Source: Bdellovibrionota bacterium
GTDB lineage: Bacteria; Bdellovibrionota_C; UBA2361
DNA: 15,861 bases
NCBI GenBank assembly: GCA_044352465.1
Contig: JBILDU010000072.1
Location: 1 to 15,861, forward strand
Direction: 5' to 3'
A model generated the notes under the pieces. It was given only the letters and a program-made list of their open reading frames with translations, did no database searches and was not told the DNA's origin. The stretch's first letter is position 1, and each line of letters starts with the position of its first letter. The position numbers were made by a program, and so were the translations under genes. Shown here piece by piece: positions 15,563 to 15,861 of this stretch.

Positions 15563-15716
15563 ATACATTAAAGAGACGCTCTTCCCACCGGACTGGGGAA
15601 GCTCAATAATGACTCACGTTCTCCTGGTTTTGATGGCGTGAAGTGCGTTTGCTTGGGGAGCGGAAGGGGGAGCCGGGGTTAGGTTTGGCTGCCGCATAAA
15701 TGGATGACGGGTGAAT

Positions 15717-15861
15717 ATGAAGAAGGACGTGGGGGAGGCCCAGTTCGAGGCGAGCGTGGAGCAGGACCTTGCGGAGACCGAAGAGGTCGCTCAGCAAGCT
15801 ATCGCGGCCGATCCGCAGTCTCTTGAGGCAACGTCGTGGCAACGCGCCCGGGAGGTGGTGA
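15717..15861 (+). CDS. 5' part of a CDS truncated by the window end (unknown product)
   Basis: ATG at 15717 (GTG 15711 alternative) opens a frame running to the window edge: MKKDVGEAQFEASVEQDLAETEEVAQQAIAADPQSLEATSWQRAREVV. Confidence 0.5.
   Translation, partial: MKKDVGEAQFEASVEQDLAETEEVAQQAIAADPQSLEATSWQRAREVV

Noticed and set aside
15603..15842. 79-aa minus-strand ORF
   Set aside because: No motif, and it lies antisense to a more protein-like open plus-strand frame starting at 15717.

Overview
GC-rich bacterial chromosomal window; the gene content suggests a Bdellovibrionota or deltaproteobacteria-like organism, which is inference only. Left to right it holds: a CRISPR-less Cas4-family nuclease split into two adjacent, in-frame genes, each with a membrane anchor (758-1021 and 104-751, - strand); two hypothetical genes, one with an RGG-rich tail and an internally duplicated domain; a membrane Ser/Thr kinase with C-terminal HEAT repeats; an orphan Tad/Flp module (tadE, tadE, tadG-like, cpaB); fabD; a multi-hairpin intergenic element; a REC-HisKA-HATPase hybrid kinase; a translationally coupled operon of an M16B peptidase pair and a degenerate OmpA-like lipoprotein; a hypothetical gene followed by a terminator; ihfA; and the start of a truncated CDS. 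The most striking feature is the split Cas4. The first Fe-S cysteine and the G-x3-H helix lie in the 87-aa protein, while the PD-(D/E)xK core and the other three cysteines lie in the 215-aa protein. A transmembrane helix sits on each side of the split. Sigma28/FliA-like promoter motifs precede the Cas4 pair, the tad genes and possibly the hybrid kinase. No CRISPR array, cas1/cas2, rRNA, tRNA or transposase was seen.
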